DNA of 64,000 nt from Candidatus Limnocylindrales bacterium (lineage in GTDB: Bacteria > Chloroflexota > Limnocylindria > Limnocylindrales > CSP1-4): assembly GCA_036570185.1 (NCBI GenBank), contig DATCPH010000232.1:2453-66452 (forward strand), in the 5' to 3' direction. The notes beneath the pieces are model-generated. The model saw nothing but the letters and a program-made list of their open reading frames with translations, ran no database searches and had not been told where the DNA came from. This document shows positions 1-8,745 of the stretch, one piece after another. The position numbers and the translations under genes were made by a program. Every line of letters begins with the position of its first letter. The stretch's first letter is position 1.

Positions 1-564
1 GCCGACGATCATCGCCTCATCGCGCAGGCCGAAGCCGTCGACGATGTACCGCCCGAATCCGCCGCCGGCCACCAGGGCAGCAATCGTGGCGGTCGCTACC
101 ACCTGGATCGCAGCAGTTCGAATGCCGGCCACGATGACGGGAACCGCGATCGGCAGCTCGAGCCCCGTCAGCACCTGCCAGCCCGTCATTCCCATTCCTC
201 GACCGGACTCGACCAGGTCGCGATCCACCTCCCGCACACCGACGTAGGCGTTTGTCAGGATGGGCGGGATCGCGAGCAGGATGAGCGCCGGAATCGGCGT
301 CGAGAACAGGAAGATCGGGAAGAGCAGGAGGAGAAGCGCGTACGACGGAACGGCGCGCCCGATGTTGGCGACACTCACGACGAGGAATGCTCCCCGGCCC
401 GAATGGCCGATCAGCAAGCCGATCGGGAGCGCGATCGCGAGGCCGACCAGGACGGCGACGCCCGAGAGCTGGATGTGCTCGAAGAGCCGGTTGGGGATTC
501 CGTCGGTGCCCGTCCAGCGCGCCGGATCGGAGAACCACGCAGCGACCTCGCCCACGATCTCCAC
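1..564 (-). CDS. ABC transporter permease, OpuB/OpuC-type osmoprotectant importer; C-terminal part lies beyond the window start
   Basis: Reverse-strand translation from GTG at 564 reads VEIVGEVAAWFSDPARW...LVGLAIALPIGLLIGHSGRG...VVATATIAALVAGGGFGRYIVDGFGL. This is a typical BPD-type TM permease. Its start sits 3 nt after the stop of the upstream permease gene. The frame stays open to position 1. Confidence 0.75.
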   Translation of the reverse strand, partial: MEIVGEVAAWFSDPARWTGTDGIPNRLFEHIQLSGVAVLVGLAIALPIGLLIGHSGRGAFLVVSVANIGRAVPSYALLLLLFPIFLFSTPIPALILLAIPPILTNAYVGVREVDRDLVESGRGMGMTGWQVLTGLELPIAVPVIVAGIRTAAIQVVATATIAALVAGGGFGRYIVDGFGLRDEAMIVG

Positions 565-566
565 GC

Positions 567-1205
567 TTAGAGCCCCCGACTCCAGGGGGTCGCGAGCCGG
601 CCCCCGATGACGAGGGCGCCGTCCGCCACCACCGCCAGCACCACGGTCACGATCGAGCTGGAGTAGACCTCGGCCCAGTTCTGGAGGTTGAAGCCGCGAA
701 GGGTCAGCTGGCCGAGACCGCCCTCTCCGATAAGCGCTGTGACCATGACCAGCCCGATCGTGGTGACCGTCGCGATCCTCAGGCCGGCAACGATCAGCGG
801 AACGGCGAGCGGCAGCTCTACGCGGAGGAGCCGGCCGAGCGGTGTGTAGCCCATTGCGTCGGCGGCCTCGCGGATGTCCGGCGCGACGCTATCGAAGCCG
901 GCCACGATGTTCCGGATCAGGATGAGGAGCGTATAGCTGACCAATCCGATTTCGGCAGTCAGGGCGGTCAGACCGGTAATGGGGACGAGGAGCGCGAAGA
1001 GCGCGAGACTCGGGATGGTGTAGAGGATCCCGGCGATGCCCAGGATCGGACCCGACGAACGCGGGTCGCGGACGATCAGGAGAGCCAGGCTGAAGCTCAG
1101 GACCAGCCCAACGCCGACCGCGACGAGCGTCAGGACGAGGTGGTCGAGCGCCGTCACCGCGAGCAGCCCGGCGTTGTTGGGCACCCAGTCCCAGGTGATC
1201 GTCAT
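567..1205 (-). CDS. ABC transporter permease, glycine betaine/choline family (OpuCB/OpuBB-like)
   Basis: 212-aa ORF with six hydrophobic segments and an EAA-like loop (REAADAMGYTPLGRLLRVELP). It overlaps the upstream ATPase gene by 4 nt, suggesting translational coupling. Confidence 0.85.
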   Translation of the reverse strand: MTITWDWVPNNAGLLAVTALDHLVLTLVAVGVGLVLSFSLALLIVRDPRSSGPILGIAGILYTIPSLALFALLVPITGLTALTAEIGLVSYTLLILIRNIVAGFDSVAPDIREAADAMGYTPLGRLLRVELPLAVPLIVAGLRIATVTTIGLVMVTALIGEGGLGQLTLRGFNLQNWAEVYSSSIVTVVLAVVADGALVIGGRLATPWSRGL

Positions 1206-2509
1206 CCGGCACCTTCAACGGTGGCGGCCGCCTGGGCAGGCACCGCGGTAGCCGCTTGCGGAGCCGCCGCGGCAGCCGTCCGTGGGCTCGCGCGCATTTC
1301 GTCGGCGATCGTGTCCGCGGTCATCAATCCCTGGGCCACGCCGTTTCGATCCACCACGATCCCGGCCTGGACGTCGGCCTCGAGGAGCATCGATAGGGCA
1401 TCCTTGAGCGTCGTCCGGCGGTTGAGCAGCGGAGACGCCGCGATCGCCCGCTCGGCTTTCAGGATGCCGTCCGCCGGGATCTCATCGTGGCTGATCCAGC
1501 CGATGGGGCGGCCTGCGTCGTCAACGAGAAGAAGGTACGGGAACGGATCGGCCAGGGCCCTGGCCCGTGCCGGACCAGCCGGCTCACCGGGCCGAGCCGT
1601 CGCGACTGGCAGGAGCGGCAGCTCGCCGACGCGCCGGAGGGACAGTCGCTTCAGGCCCCGGTCGGCGCCAACGAACTGGGCCACGAATTCCGAGGCCGGA
1701 TGAGCCAGCACGTCGGCCGGCGGGCCGAACTGGGCGAGATGCCCGCCGACCTGCATCACCGCAACGAGGTCGCCCATCTTGATCGCCTCGTCGATGTCGT
1801 GAGTGACGAACAGGATCGTCTTGGCGAGGTCTTCCTGGATGCGAAGGAATTCGTTCTGGAGACGTTCCCGGACGATCGGGTCGACCGCCGCAAAAGGCTC
1901 ATCCATGAGCATGATCGGGGGGTCGGCGGCGAGCGCCCGGGCCACGCCGACGCGCTGCCGCTCGCCGCCCGAGAGCTGGCTCGGATACCGGTCGCGGTAG
2001 CGGGCTGGTTCGAGCCCGACGAGGCCTAGCAGCTCTTCGGCGCGCTGACGTTGCCGCGCCGCGCTCCAGCCGAGCAGCCGCGGCACGGTGGCAACGTTCT
2101 CGGCGATCGTCTCGTGGGGGAAGAGACCGACCTGTTGGATGACGTATCCGATCGATCGGCGCAGCTCGGTGACATCACGCGTCGCGGCATCGACGCCATC
2201 GATCAGGATCCGACCCGAGGTCGGCGTGATCAGGCGGTTGACCATCTTGAGGCTGGTCGTCTTGCCGCAGCCCGACGGCCCGACGAGGACGCAGATCTGC
2301 CCCGCCGGGACGTGGAGTGTCAGATCCTCGACAGCGGCCGGTCCGGCACTGGGTCGGCTGTCGGGTCCGGATGCCGCGCGACCGGCCCGGCCGCCACCGG
2401 CCCCGCCGCCGCCGCGCTGACCCGGATAGCGCTTCGAAACGTGATCGAAGTCGACAGTCGCGGCTCGGCCGCCGCCGGAATGGGGTCGGGCTTCAGCCGC
2501 GATCGACAA
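1202..2509 (-). CDS. Osmoprotectant ABC transporter ATP-binding protein with C-terminal tandem CBS domains (ProV/OpuCA-like)
   Basis: Walker A GPSGCGKTT, signature LSGGERQRV and Walker B ILFVTHD are present. The C-terminal CBS pair is typical of ProV/OpuAA/OpuCA. Gly-rich N-terminal insertion (GGGGAGGGRAGRAASGPDSRPSAGP) and Ala/Pro-rich C-terminal tail. Confidence 0.9.
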   Translation of the reverse strand: MSIAAEARPHSGGGRAATVDFDHVSKRYPGQRGGGGAGGGRAGRAASGPDSRPSAGPAAVEDLTLHVPAGQICVLVGPSGCGKTTSLKMVNRLITPTSGRILIDGVDAATRDVTELRRSIGYVIQQVGLFPHETIAENVATVPRLLGWSAARQRQRAEELLGLVGLEPARYRDRYPSQLSGGERQRVGVARALAADPPIMLMDEPFAAVDPIVRERLQNEFLRIQEDLAKTILFVTHDIDEAIKMGDLVAVMQVGGHLAQFGPPADVLAHPASEFVAQFVGADRGLKRLSLRRVGELPLLPVATARPGEPAGPARARALADPFPYLLLVDDAGRPIGWISHDEIPADGILKAERAIAASPLLNRRTTLKDALSMLLEADVQAGIVVDRNGVAQGLMTADTIADEMRASPRTAAAAAPQAATAVPAQAAATVEGAG

Positions 2510-3443
2510 GCGGCTTGACCTCGCCGATGAACCGCTCCAGCGTTTCGGTGTCGTAGGGCGCCGGCTGCTCGGAGATCACGGTCCGAAAGCCCAGCTCGAC
2601 GTACGGCAACAGCATCTCCGCGACCTGTTCCGGGGTCCCGTTGACGAAGGTCAGGTCGCTCTCCACGTCGGACAGCGGCGTCTTGTTGTGCTCCATCGTC
2701 GCCCGCCAGACGCGCTCGGCTTCCTCCTTCGAGTCCCGAAGCGTCAGCTTCACGCCTAGCGTGTATTCGATCTCGGCCGGGTCCCGTCCGACGTCGGCGC
2801 AATGTCCTCGAAGCACGTTGACCTTGTGACGCATCGTGTCGAGCGGCCCCATGGCATTCCACATGTCCGCGTAGCGCGCGACCGACCGAAGCGTCTTCCG
2901 CTCTCCTGACCCGCCGATCATGATCGGGAGGTGCGCCTGCACGGGACGAGGCAGCTGACGGAGCGCCTTGAAGCGGTAATGCCCGTCCGCAGGAGACGTG
3001 GCTTCACCGCCATCGAGGACCGTCCGCATCGCCCCGAGCGCCTCGTCCAGCCAGTCGAGCCGCTCGCCAGGACTGCGCCCAAAGTCAATGCCATGCGCGT
3101 CCGCCTCGAAATTGAACCAGGCGCCACCCATGCCGAGAATCGCGCGGCCGTTCGAGACGTGGTCGAGGGTCGTGGCCAGCTTCGCGACGAGGCCGGGATT
3201 GCGATAGGGGATCGCGCCGACCAGAAGGCCCAGGCGTGCCTTCTCAGTGGCCATCGCCCAGGCGTGAAGGAGGCCCCAACCCTCGAAAAAGGGCTGGTTC
3301 GTGTCGCCGAAGATGGGATAGAGGTGATCCCAGGTCCAGAGGTGATCGTAGCCAAGCCGGTCCACGCGCTTGGCGGCGTCGAGTATCTCCGCCCAGGTTG
3401 CGGCCTGATTCCACAAGAGAACGCCGCATTTGAGATCGGTCAT
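2493..3443 (-). CDS. LLM-class F420-dependent (luciferase-like) oxidoreductase
   Basis: 316-aa protein with a luciferase-like monooxygenase TIM-barrel signature (DHLWTWDHL, LLVGAIPYRNPGLVAKLATTLDHVSNGRAILGMG, IMIGGSGERKTLRSVARYADMWN). Overlaps the ATPase gene start by 17 nt. Confidence 0.85.
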   Translation of the reverse strand: MTDLKCGVLLWNQAATWAEILDAAKRVDRLGYDHLWTWDHLYPIFGDTNQPFFEGWGLLHAWAMATEKARLGLLVGAIPYRNPGLVAKLATTLDHVSNGRAILGMGGAWFNFEADAHGIDFGRSPGERLDWLDEALGAMRTVLDGGEATSPADGHYRFKALRQLPRPVQAHLPIMIGGSGERKTLRSVARYADMWNAMGPLDTMRHKVNVLRGHCADVGRDPAEIEYTLGVKLTLRDSKEEAERVWRATMEHNKTPLSDVESDLTFVNGTPEQVAEMLLPYVELGFRTVISEQPAPYDTETLERFIGEVKPLVDRG

Positions 3444-3490
3444 CGGGCGAACCTCCTCAGGAATCCATCAGAGCGATTTGCTCGCCCGGC

Positions 3491-3769
3491 TCAGGCACGA
3501 TCCAGCTCCAGGGAGATGGCCCGCAGGATGAAGCGGGCCGCCTCCGCGCTCTTGCCTCCGAGGCGCTGGCCCTCATCCTGCTCCAGGGCAACTCCCAGAT
3601 CGGCGAGCATGCCGTCGAGGGCCGGAGTCCGGACCAGGGCGCCGTCGGCGAAGGCCTCGTCGAGGCGCGACACCGCAGCCCGAGCGTTGTCGACGGCATG
3701 GCCCTTCGCGTCCATCAGCTCGCGGAAGTCGGCACGCGCCTGATCCGCCGCCGGTCCGGTGGATGTCAC
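3491..3769 (-). CDS. Hypothetical small protein (about 92 aa) translationally coupled to the upstream GNAT gene
   Basis: GC3 in this frame is about 85 %. A GTG start at 3769 overlaps the GNAT stop (GTGA). An alternative ATG lies at 3715. No recognizable domain. Confidence 0.45.
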   Translation of the reverse strand: MTSTGPAADQARADFRELMDAKGHAVDNARAAVSRLDEAFADGALVRTPALDGMLADLGVALEQDEGQRLGGKSAEAARFILRAISLELDRA

Positions 3770-4392
3770 TGCGCCGCTTCGGCGCGGCTCCCGACGGCCA
3801 CGCGCGGACCGCGAGGGGCAGCGGGCTTCGCCGCCGGCCACTCCCGATCGAGGATGCTCATCGTGATCTCGTCCCACCAGCGCCCGTCCCGCCAGATGGC
3901 CTCGCGAGCCCGTCCCTCCGCCACGAAACCGCAGCTCGCGTACGAGCGAATCGCACGCTCGTTGAACTCGAAGACCGACAGGACGACTCGGTGGAGGTGG
4001 AGTGTCTCGAACGCGTGCTCGAGCATGAGCAGGGTGGCCTCGGTTCCGTACGACCGGCCCCAGGAATCCTTCTCGCCGATGGTGATGTGGTACATCGCGG
4101 AGCCGTTGTCGCTGTCGAGCTGGCTGAACGCGCACGTCCCGATCAGGCGGCCCGTGGCCCGAACGTGGATGGCCATGGCCAGGGATTCGGCCCCGACAAC
4201 GCGCGAAATGAAGAATCGCTCGACTTCATCGGGCCGCATCGGGCCCTCCTGGTAACGCGTCAGTCGGGCGATCTCTGGATCGGAGTACCAGCGCCGGAAG
4301 GCCTCGAGGTTGGACTGCTCATGGCGGCGCAGCTCGACGCGATCTCCGATCAATCGCTCAGGAAACCACGATCGGGGGGTCATCGCGGGCAC
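3766..4392 (-). CDS. GNAT family N-acetyltransferase (RimJ/RimL-like)
   Basis: 208-aa protein with the acetyl-CoA binding motif region (RVVLSVFEFNERAIRSYASCGFVAEG). The overall pattern matches ribosomal-protein-acetyltransferase-type GNATs. Confidence 0.8.
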   Translation of the reverse strand: MPAMTPRSWFPERLIGDRVELRRHEQSNLEAFRRWYSDPEIARLTRYQEGPMRPDEVERFFISRVVGAESLAMAIHVRATGRLIGTCAFSQLDSDNGSAMYHITIGEKDSWGRSYGTEATLLMLEHAFETLHLHRVVLSVFEFNERAIRSYASCGFVAEGRAREAIWRDGRWWDEITMSILDREWPAAKPAAPRGPRVAVGSRAEAAQ

Positions 4393-4409
4393 GGTATACT
4401 ATCGCCGCC

Positions 4410-6107
4410 ATGCGTCGCTGGAGCGAGCTTGCGGAGCGCGTCGCGGCGACGACTCGGACCTCCGAGAAGACCAGCCTGCTCGCCGAATACCTCCGCGGGC
4501 TCGGGGCCGACGAGCTCCCGATCGCTGCGGTTTTCCTGACCGGTCGGGCGTTTCCCGAGGTCGACCAACGCGGGGCGGGCCTCGGCTGGGCGGCGATCGC
4601 CACGAGCGTGACCACCCTCGCGGGTGCCTCGAGGACGGCCCTCGGCGAGGCGTATGACCGCTCCTCGGATCTCGGACGCGCCGTCATGGACGTGCTGGTG
4701 TCGGCCGGCCACGATCCCGACCCATCGATCTCGCCGAGCCTGCCCGACGTGGCCGCCGCGTACCTGGCGATCCAGGTCGCGTCAGGTGCCGCGAGAAAGT
4801 CCGAGATCTTTGCCGAGCTCCTGGCTCGTTGCGACCCGCTGACCGCCAAGTACGTCGTCAAGGTCCTCTCCGGCGACCTCCGGATCGGCCTTCGCGAAGG
4901 GTTGGTCGAGGCGGCCGTCGCCCGCGCCTACGGAGGCAACCTCGATGCCGTCAAGTGGGCAGGGATGCTCACCGGCGACATCGGGCGGGTGGCCCTGCTG
5001 GCCCGCGACGATCGCCTGGACGAGGCCTCCCTGACTGCCTTCCATCCGATCAAGTTCATGCTCGCGTCGCCCGCCGAAGATGCCGCCGAGATCCTGCAGC
5101 GCGCCGGGCCCACCGTCTGGCTCGAGGACAAGTACGACGGGATCCGTGCCCAGCTCCACAAACGTGGCCCGGACGTCCGTCTCTACTCGCGTGACCTCAA
5201 CGAGATCAGCTCGGGCTTCCCCGAGGTCGTCGACGCCAGTGGCGAGCTGTCGTGGGACGGCATCCTCGACGGCGAGATCCTGGCCTATCGAGACAGCACG
5301 GTGTTGCCGTTCATCTCGCTTCAGGCTCGTCTCGGACGCAAGAATCCGCCTGCGGCCATCCTCGAACAGGTTCCGATCATCTACGTCGCCTTCGATGCCC
5401 TGGGCATTGGCGCGGGCGGCGGGGCGCCGATCGAGCCACTCCTGCGGGAGCCCCTCGCGGAACGGCGACGGCGGCTCGAGGCCCTCGCGCTGCCGCTCGC
5501 CGAGGAAGGCGGTCGCTTCGCGCTCTCGCACCTGGCCGAGGCGCACTCCATCCTGGAGTTGGAGGCAGCGTTTGCCGATGCCCGTGCTCGCCGCAACGAG
5601 GGCCTGATGGTCAAGGACCCGACGAGCACCTACTCGCCGGGCCGGCGGGGTCTGGGCTGGCTGAAAATGAAGAAGGTCCTCGCGACGATCGATTGCGTCG
5701 TGGTGGGCGTCGAGGTCGGCCACGGCAAGCGTCATGGGGTGCTGTCCGACTACACGTTCGCGGTCCGCGACGAGGCCAACGACCGACTGGTCACGATCGG
5801 CAAGGCCTACAGCGGCCTCACCGATGTCGAGATCGCCGACATGACGCGCTGGTTCGAGGCTCACACCGTCTCGCGCCACGGCCGCTACCGGGTCGTGGAA
5901 CCCACGGTCGTGATCGAGGTCGCCTTCGACGTGATCCTACGCTCGAATCGGCACCGCTCAGGGTTCGCCCTGCGCTTTCCGCGCATCGGCCGCCTCCGCC
6001 TCGACAAGCCCGCGACCGAGGCCGACACCCTGGAAACCGTGGAGCGCCTCTACGAGGGCCTCCAGCTCGGCGCCGAGCACCTCGTCACGGCCGGCGCAAG
6101 GGTCTGA
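4410..6107 (+). CDS. ATP-dependent DNA ligase (LigB-like, N-terminal DNA-binding domain + adenylation + OB domains)
   Basis: The adenylation motif I KYDGIRAQL is present. 565 aa. The motif order is conserved through the C-terminal OB fold (VVIEVAFD...RFPRI). Confidence 0.85.
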   Translation: MRRWSELAERVAATTRTSEKTSLLAEYLRGLGADELPIAAVFLTGRAFPEVDQRGAGLGWAAIATSVTTLAGASRTALGEAYDRSSDLGRAVMDVLVSAGHDPDPSISPSLPDVAAAYLAIQVASGAARKSEIFAELLARCDPLTAKYVVKVLSGDLRIGLREGLVEAAVARAYGGNLDAVKWAGMLTGDIGRVALLARDDRLDEASLTAFHPIKFMLASPAEDAAEILQRAGPTVWLEDKYDGIRAQLHKRGPDVRLYSRDLNEISSGFPEVVDASGELSWDGILDGEILAYRDSTVLPFISLQARLGRKNPPAAILEQVPIIYVAFDALGIGAGGGAPIEPLLREPLAERRRRLEALALPLAEEGGRFALSHLAEAHSILELEAAFADARARRNEGLMVKDPTSTYSPGRRGLGWLKMKKVLATIDCVVVGVEVGHGKRHGVLSDYTFAVRDEANDRLVTIGKAYSGLTDVEIADMTRWFEAHTVSRHGRYRVVEPTVVIEVAFDVILRSNRHRSGFALRFPRIGRLRLDKPATEADTLETVERLYEGLQLGAEHLVTAGARV

Positions 6108-6138
6108 CGCGGTCCGTTCGGGCGAGCGGGCCGGCCGC

Positions 6139-6333
6139 GCACTCGACCCAGCCAGGCACTCGACCCAGCCAGGCTGCCCGCACCCAGGCGCCCTCTTGGC
6201 CAGGCTCCCGACCCAGCCAGGCTCCCGACCCGGCCAGCCTCCCGACCCAGCCAGGCTCCCGACCCAGCCAGGCTCCCGACCCGGCGAGCTCCGCACCCGG
6301 CCAGGCTCCCGACCCAGCCAGCTCCCGGCCTCG
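6139..6333. repeat. Tandem direct repeat array: about 10 degenerate copies of an 18-bp unit (consensus CCCGACCCAGCCAGGCTC) with no spacers
   Basis: Read directly from the sequence: GACCCAGCCAGGC(A/T)C(T/C)C recurs head-to-tail from about 6139 to 6333. It lies in the 575-bp gap between the convergent ligase and rhodanese genes. Confidence 0.8.
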
Positions 6334-6682
6334 TTTCATGGGATGCACGTGTCGGCGGCGCCGGGGAGCTCTCCCGGCCGGAATCAGTCGAGATTTTCCA
6401 CCCGATGAAAGATTTCGACCCGAATGCCTCCTACGACCCAGTTTCTTTCACGCGGTGGAACAAACCGACAGGGTCAAGGCCCGATTTCATCGGCTGTGTT
6501 CATGGCATGAAACGCCAGACCGAATTCGTTCATGCGATGCAACGAATTGGGCGGGAGACAGGCGCCGAGCGCGGGCGCGGCTCACGGCAACGGGTCGGGC
6601 CCGGCGAGCAGAGGGCGACGGGCGTCCACTCATGTGATGGCCGGCGGTCGGCCGGGCGTGTTCGACCCGCCCCCCGGGCCCC

Positions 6683-7525
6683 CTAGCGCTCGACCGGCAG
6701 GTCGGGCCGGTTGCCCCACTCGGCCCAGCCGCCGTCGTACACGGCGACGTCGTCGTGCCCGAGGAGCGTCAGGACGTAGGCAAGCTTCGCGGCGCCGAGG
6801 CCCGCGTCGTCATAGCAGACGAGGCGCCGGCCGCGAATAACGCCGGCCTTACGGACCAGCTCGCTCAGCTCAGGCCCTTCGGGAAGCCGCTGGTCGTCTG
6901 TCCTGGCCATTCGGGCGACCGGGAGGTTGAGCGCGCCGGGAATGTGCCCGAGCCGGGCCGTCGTTCCCTGCAGGCCCTGGTGCTCGACCGGCGCTCGCCC
7001 GTCGACGATCATGGCATCGGGCGAATCGATGAGCCCGCGCACGTCGGAGGTTGAGAGGCGCTGGCGCGGATCGGCCCGGGGGGTGAACGTGGTCGGCGTC
7101 CTCGACCGAACCGCCTTCGTTGTTGGCCGGCCCTCGGCGGTCCACGTCGGGAACCCTCCGTCGAGGACCCGGGCAGAGTCGTAGCCGTAGGCTCGCAGGC
7201 TCCACCAGATCCTCGACGCGTAGAGGCCGAGCGTGTCGTCGTAGATCACTGCGGTGGTTCCGTCGCCGGTCCCGGCCAGCGCCATCGCTTCCGCGACCTC
7301 CTCCGGGCCAGCGAGATGAATGGCGCCACTGTCTTCCTCGGGTTCGGCCAGGGCCACCGACCAGTCGACATGAGCGGCACCGGGGATGTGTCCTGCTGCG
7401 AAGACTGCCTGGCCATTCCCGTCGGGTCGCCAGCGAGCGTCGAGGATCCGGACGTCGCGACGGCCCTGGTTCTCGGCCAGCCAGTCGGTCGACGCCAACA
7501 ATTCTGGGCGTGCGAGCCGGGTCAT
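6683..7525 (-). CDS. Thiosulfate/3-mercaptopyruvate sulfurtransferase (two-domain rhodanese, SseA-like)
   Basis: 280-aa protein with two rhodanese domains. The active-site Cys loop is in the second domain (RLVCYDDAGLGAAKLAYVL). The first domain carries an inactive-type loop. Confidence 0.85.
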   Translation of the reverse strand: MTRLARPELLASTDWLAENQGRRDVRILDARWRPDGNGQAVFAAGHIPGAAHVDWSVALAEPEEDSGAIHLAGPEEVAEAMALAGTGDGTTAVIYDDTLGLYASRIWWSLRAYGYDSARVLDGGFPTWTAEGRPTTKAVRSRTPTTFTPRADPRQRLSTSDVRGLIDSPDAMIVDGRAPVEHQGLQGTTARLGHIPGALNLPVARMARTDDQRLPEGPELSELVRKAGVIRGRRLVCYDDAGLGAAKLAYVLTLLGHDDVAVYDGGWAEWGNRPDLPVER

Positions 7526-7590
7526 CGCTTCCTTATTCGAACAGGAGGGCCGGGCATCGTCGATATCATAGGTTCGTGGTCGCCCCCTTC

Positions 7591-8745
7591 ATGCCCGATG
7601 AGGAGAAGCTGGCCGCAGTTCGCGAGGCCCTGCCGGCGGTCGGGGCCGGCATCTACCTGAATACCCCGTCGGCCGGGCCGATGCCGGCCGAGACGGCGAA
7701 GGCGATGGCCGACGTTGCAGCCTCCGAGCTGACGCTCGGGCGGGCCCACCCGGATCAGGCACTCGATGCTCTTGAGCGCTCGGGCGAAGCGCGCGCCGGC
7801 GTCGCCGCGATCCTCGGGACAGACGTCGACTCTGTCGGACTCATTCATTCCGAGACCGATGCGGTCGTCCTGCTGGAGCTGCTTGCTGGGCCCAACGCCA
7901 GGGAGAGATCTGCGGTCCTGATCGATCCGTCGCCCGCGGTTGAAGCCCTGATCAAGGGTTACGGACATGCGGTGGTCCACGTCCCCGCCGATCGCGACGA
8001 CGCCGCGATCCTGCGCCAGTTCGAAGCCGCCATCGCGACGGGGTGTGGTCTTGTGGTCATTCCACACGTGAGCCCGTCGAGCGGAACGGTCCTGCCGGTC
8101 GCCGGGATCGCTGAGCTCGCCCACGCGAAGGGCGCCCTGGTCGCCGTCGACGGCAGCCAGGCTGTCGGCGCGATGCCGTTCGACCTCGAGGCGTCAGGGG
8201 CCGACGTGTACCGCGTCGCGGCCGAGACCTGGCTGCTCGGGCCGCAGGGAATCGGGGCGGTCTGGTGCACCTCGGGCGTTCTCGATCGGGCGCGGGCGAT
8301 CGTCCCCGGTTCGTTCGGCACTGGCGAGGTCGACCACCATCGACCGGTGCTGGTCGGATTCGCCCGGAGCTGCGGTTGGCTGTCGATGTACGTCGGACTC
8401 GAGTGGATCCAGGGCCGAGGCGCCGCGGTCGCCCGGCTTGCGGCCGATCGTCTGGCGAGGATCCCGGGCGTGGTCCTCCTCACGCCGACGGACCGAATGG
8501 CGACGGTCCTGTCATTCAAGGTTCGCGGTTGGTCGGCCGAGGCCGCCCTCGACGAGCTCGGAGCCCGGGCGTTCGCGATCGCGTCCACGGTGCCCGCGCT
8601 CGACGCGATCCGGATCGGGGTCGGGTTCTTCAACTCCGAGGTCGAGATCGAGCGCTTCGCCCAGGCGGTTGAGCTGATCGCGGCGCATACGCCCGAAACG
8701 CTTCCGCCCCGTCGGACCTTGACGATCCTGCACGCGGGCCAGTGA
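7591..8745 (+). CDS. Class V aminotransferase, cysteine desulfurase/selenocysteine lyase-like
   Basis: The ORF-track ORF starts at 7120, but the first 157 codons are Arg-rich and overlap the divergent rhodanese gene. The plausible start is the ATG at 7591 (MPDEEKLAAVREALP). The fold is PLP-dependent class V (SufS/CsdA-like). Confidence 0.8.
   Translation: MPDEEKLAAVREALPAVGAGIYLNTPSAGPMPAETAKAMADVAASELTLGRAHPDQALDALERSGEARAGVAAILGTDVDSVGLIHSETDAVVLLELLAGPNARERSAVLIDPSPAVEALIKGYGHAVVHVPADRDDAAILRQFEAAIATGCGLVVIPHVSPSSGTVLPVAGIAELAHAKGALVAVDGSQAVGAMPFDLEASGADVYRVAAETWLLGPQGIGAVWCTSGVLDRARAIVPGSFGTGEVDHHRPVLVGFARSCGWLSMYVGLEWIQGRGAAVARLAADRLARIPGVVLLTPTDRMATVLSFKVRGWSAEAALDELGARAFAIASTVPALDAIRIGVGFFNSEVEIERFAQAVELIAAHTPETLPPRRTLTILHAGQ

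Noticed and set aside
387-1703. Long Arg/Pro/Gly-rich ORFs in the track on the opposite strand or alternate frame of real genes (for example 387..1703 +, 13163..14278 -, 13891..15207 -, 48328..49860 -, 56349..57923 +, 49714..50680 part of the 675-aa ORF)
   Set aside because: Typical high-GC shadow ORFs. Their composition is dominated by Arg/Pro/Gly/Ala with no domain features, and each is fully contained within a well-supported gene on another frame or strand.
3491-4392. GNAT toxin-antitoxin pair (GNAT + small coupled ORF)
   Set aside because: Known GNAT/RHH TA modules have the small antitoxin upstream of the toxin. Here the small ORF is downstream, and the GNAT resembles RimJ/RimL-type acetyltransferases.
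6139-6333. Possible CRISPR array
   Set aside because: The repeats are contiguous with no spacers, only 18 bp long, and degenerate. There are no cas genes in the window.
6405-6686. 93-codon track ORF in the AT-rich island
   Set aside because: Third-position GC is far below the genome norm over the first about 50 codons, and the tail runs into the convergent rhodanese gene. It is treated as non-coding, with the region flagged as a finding instead.
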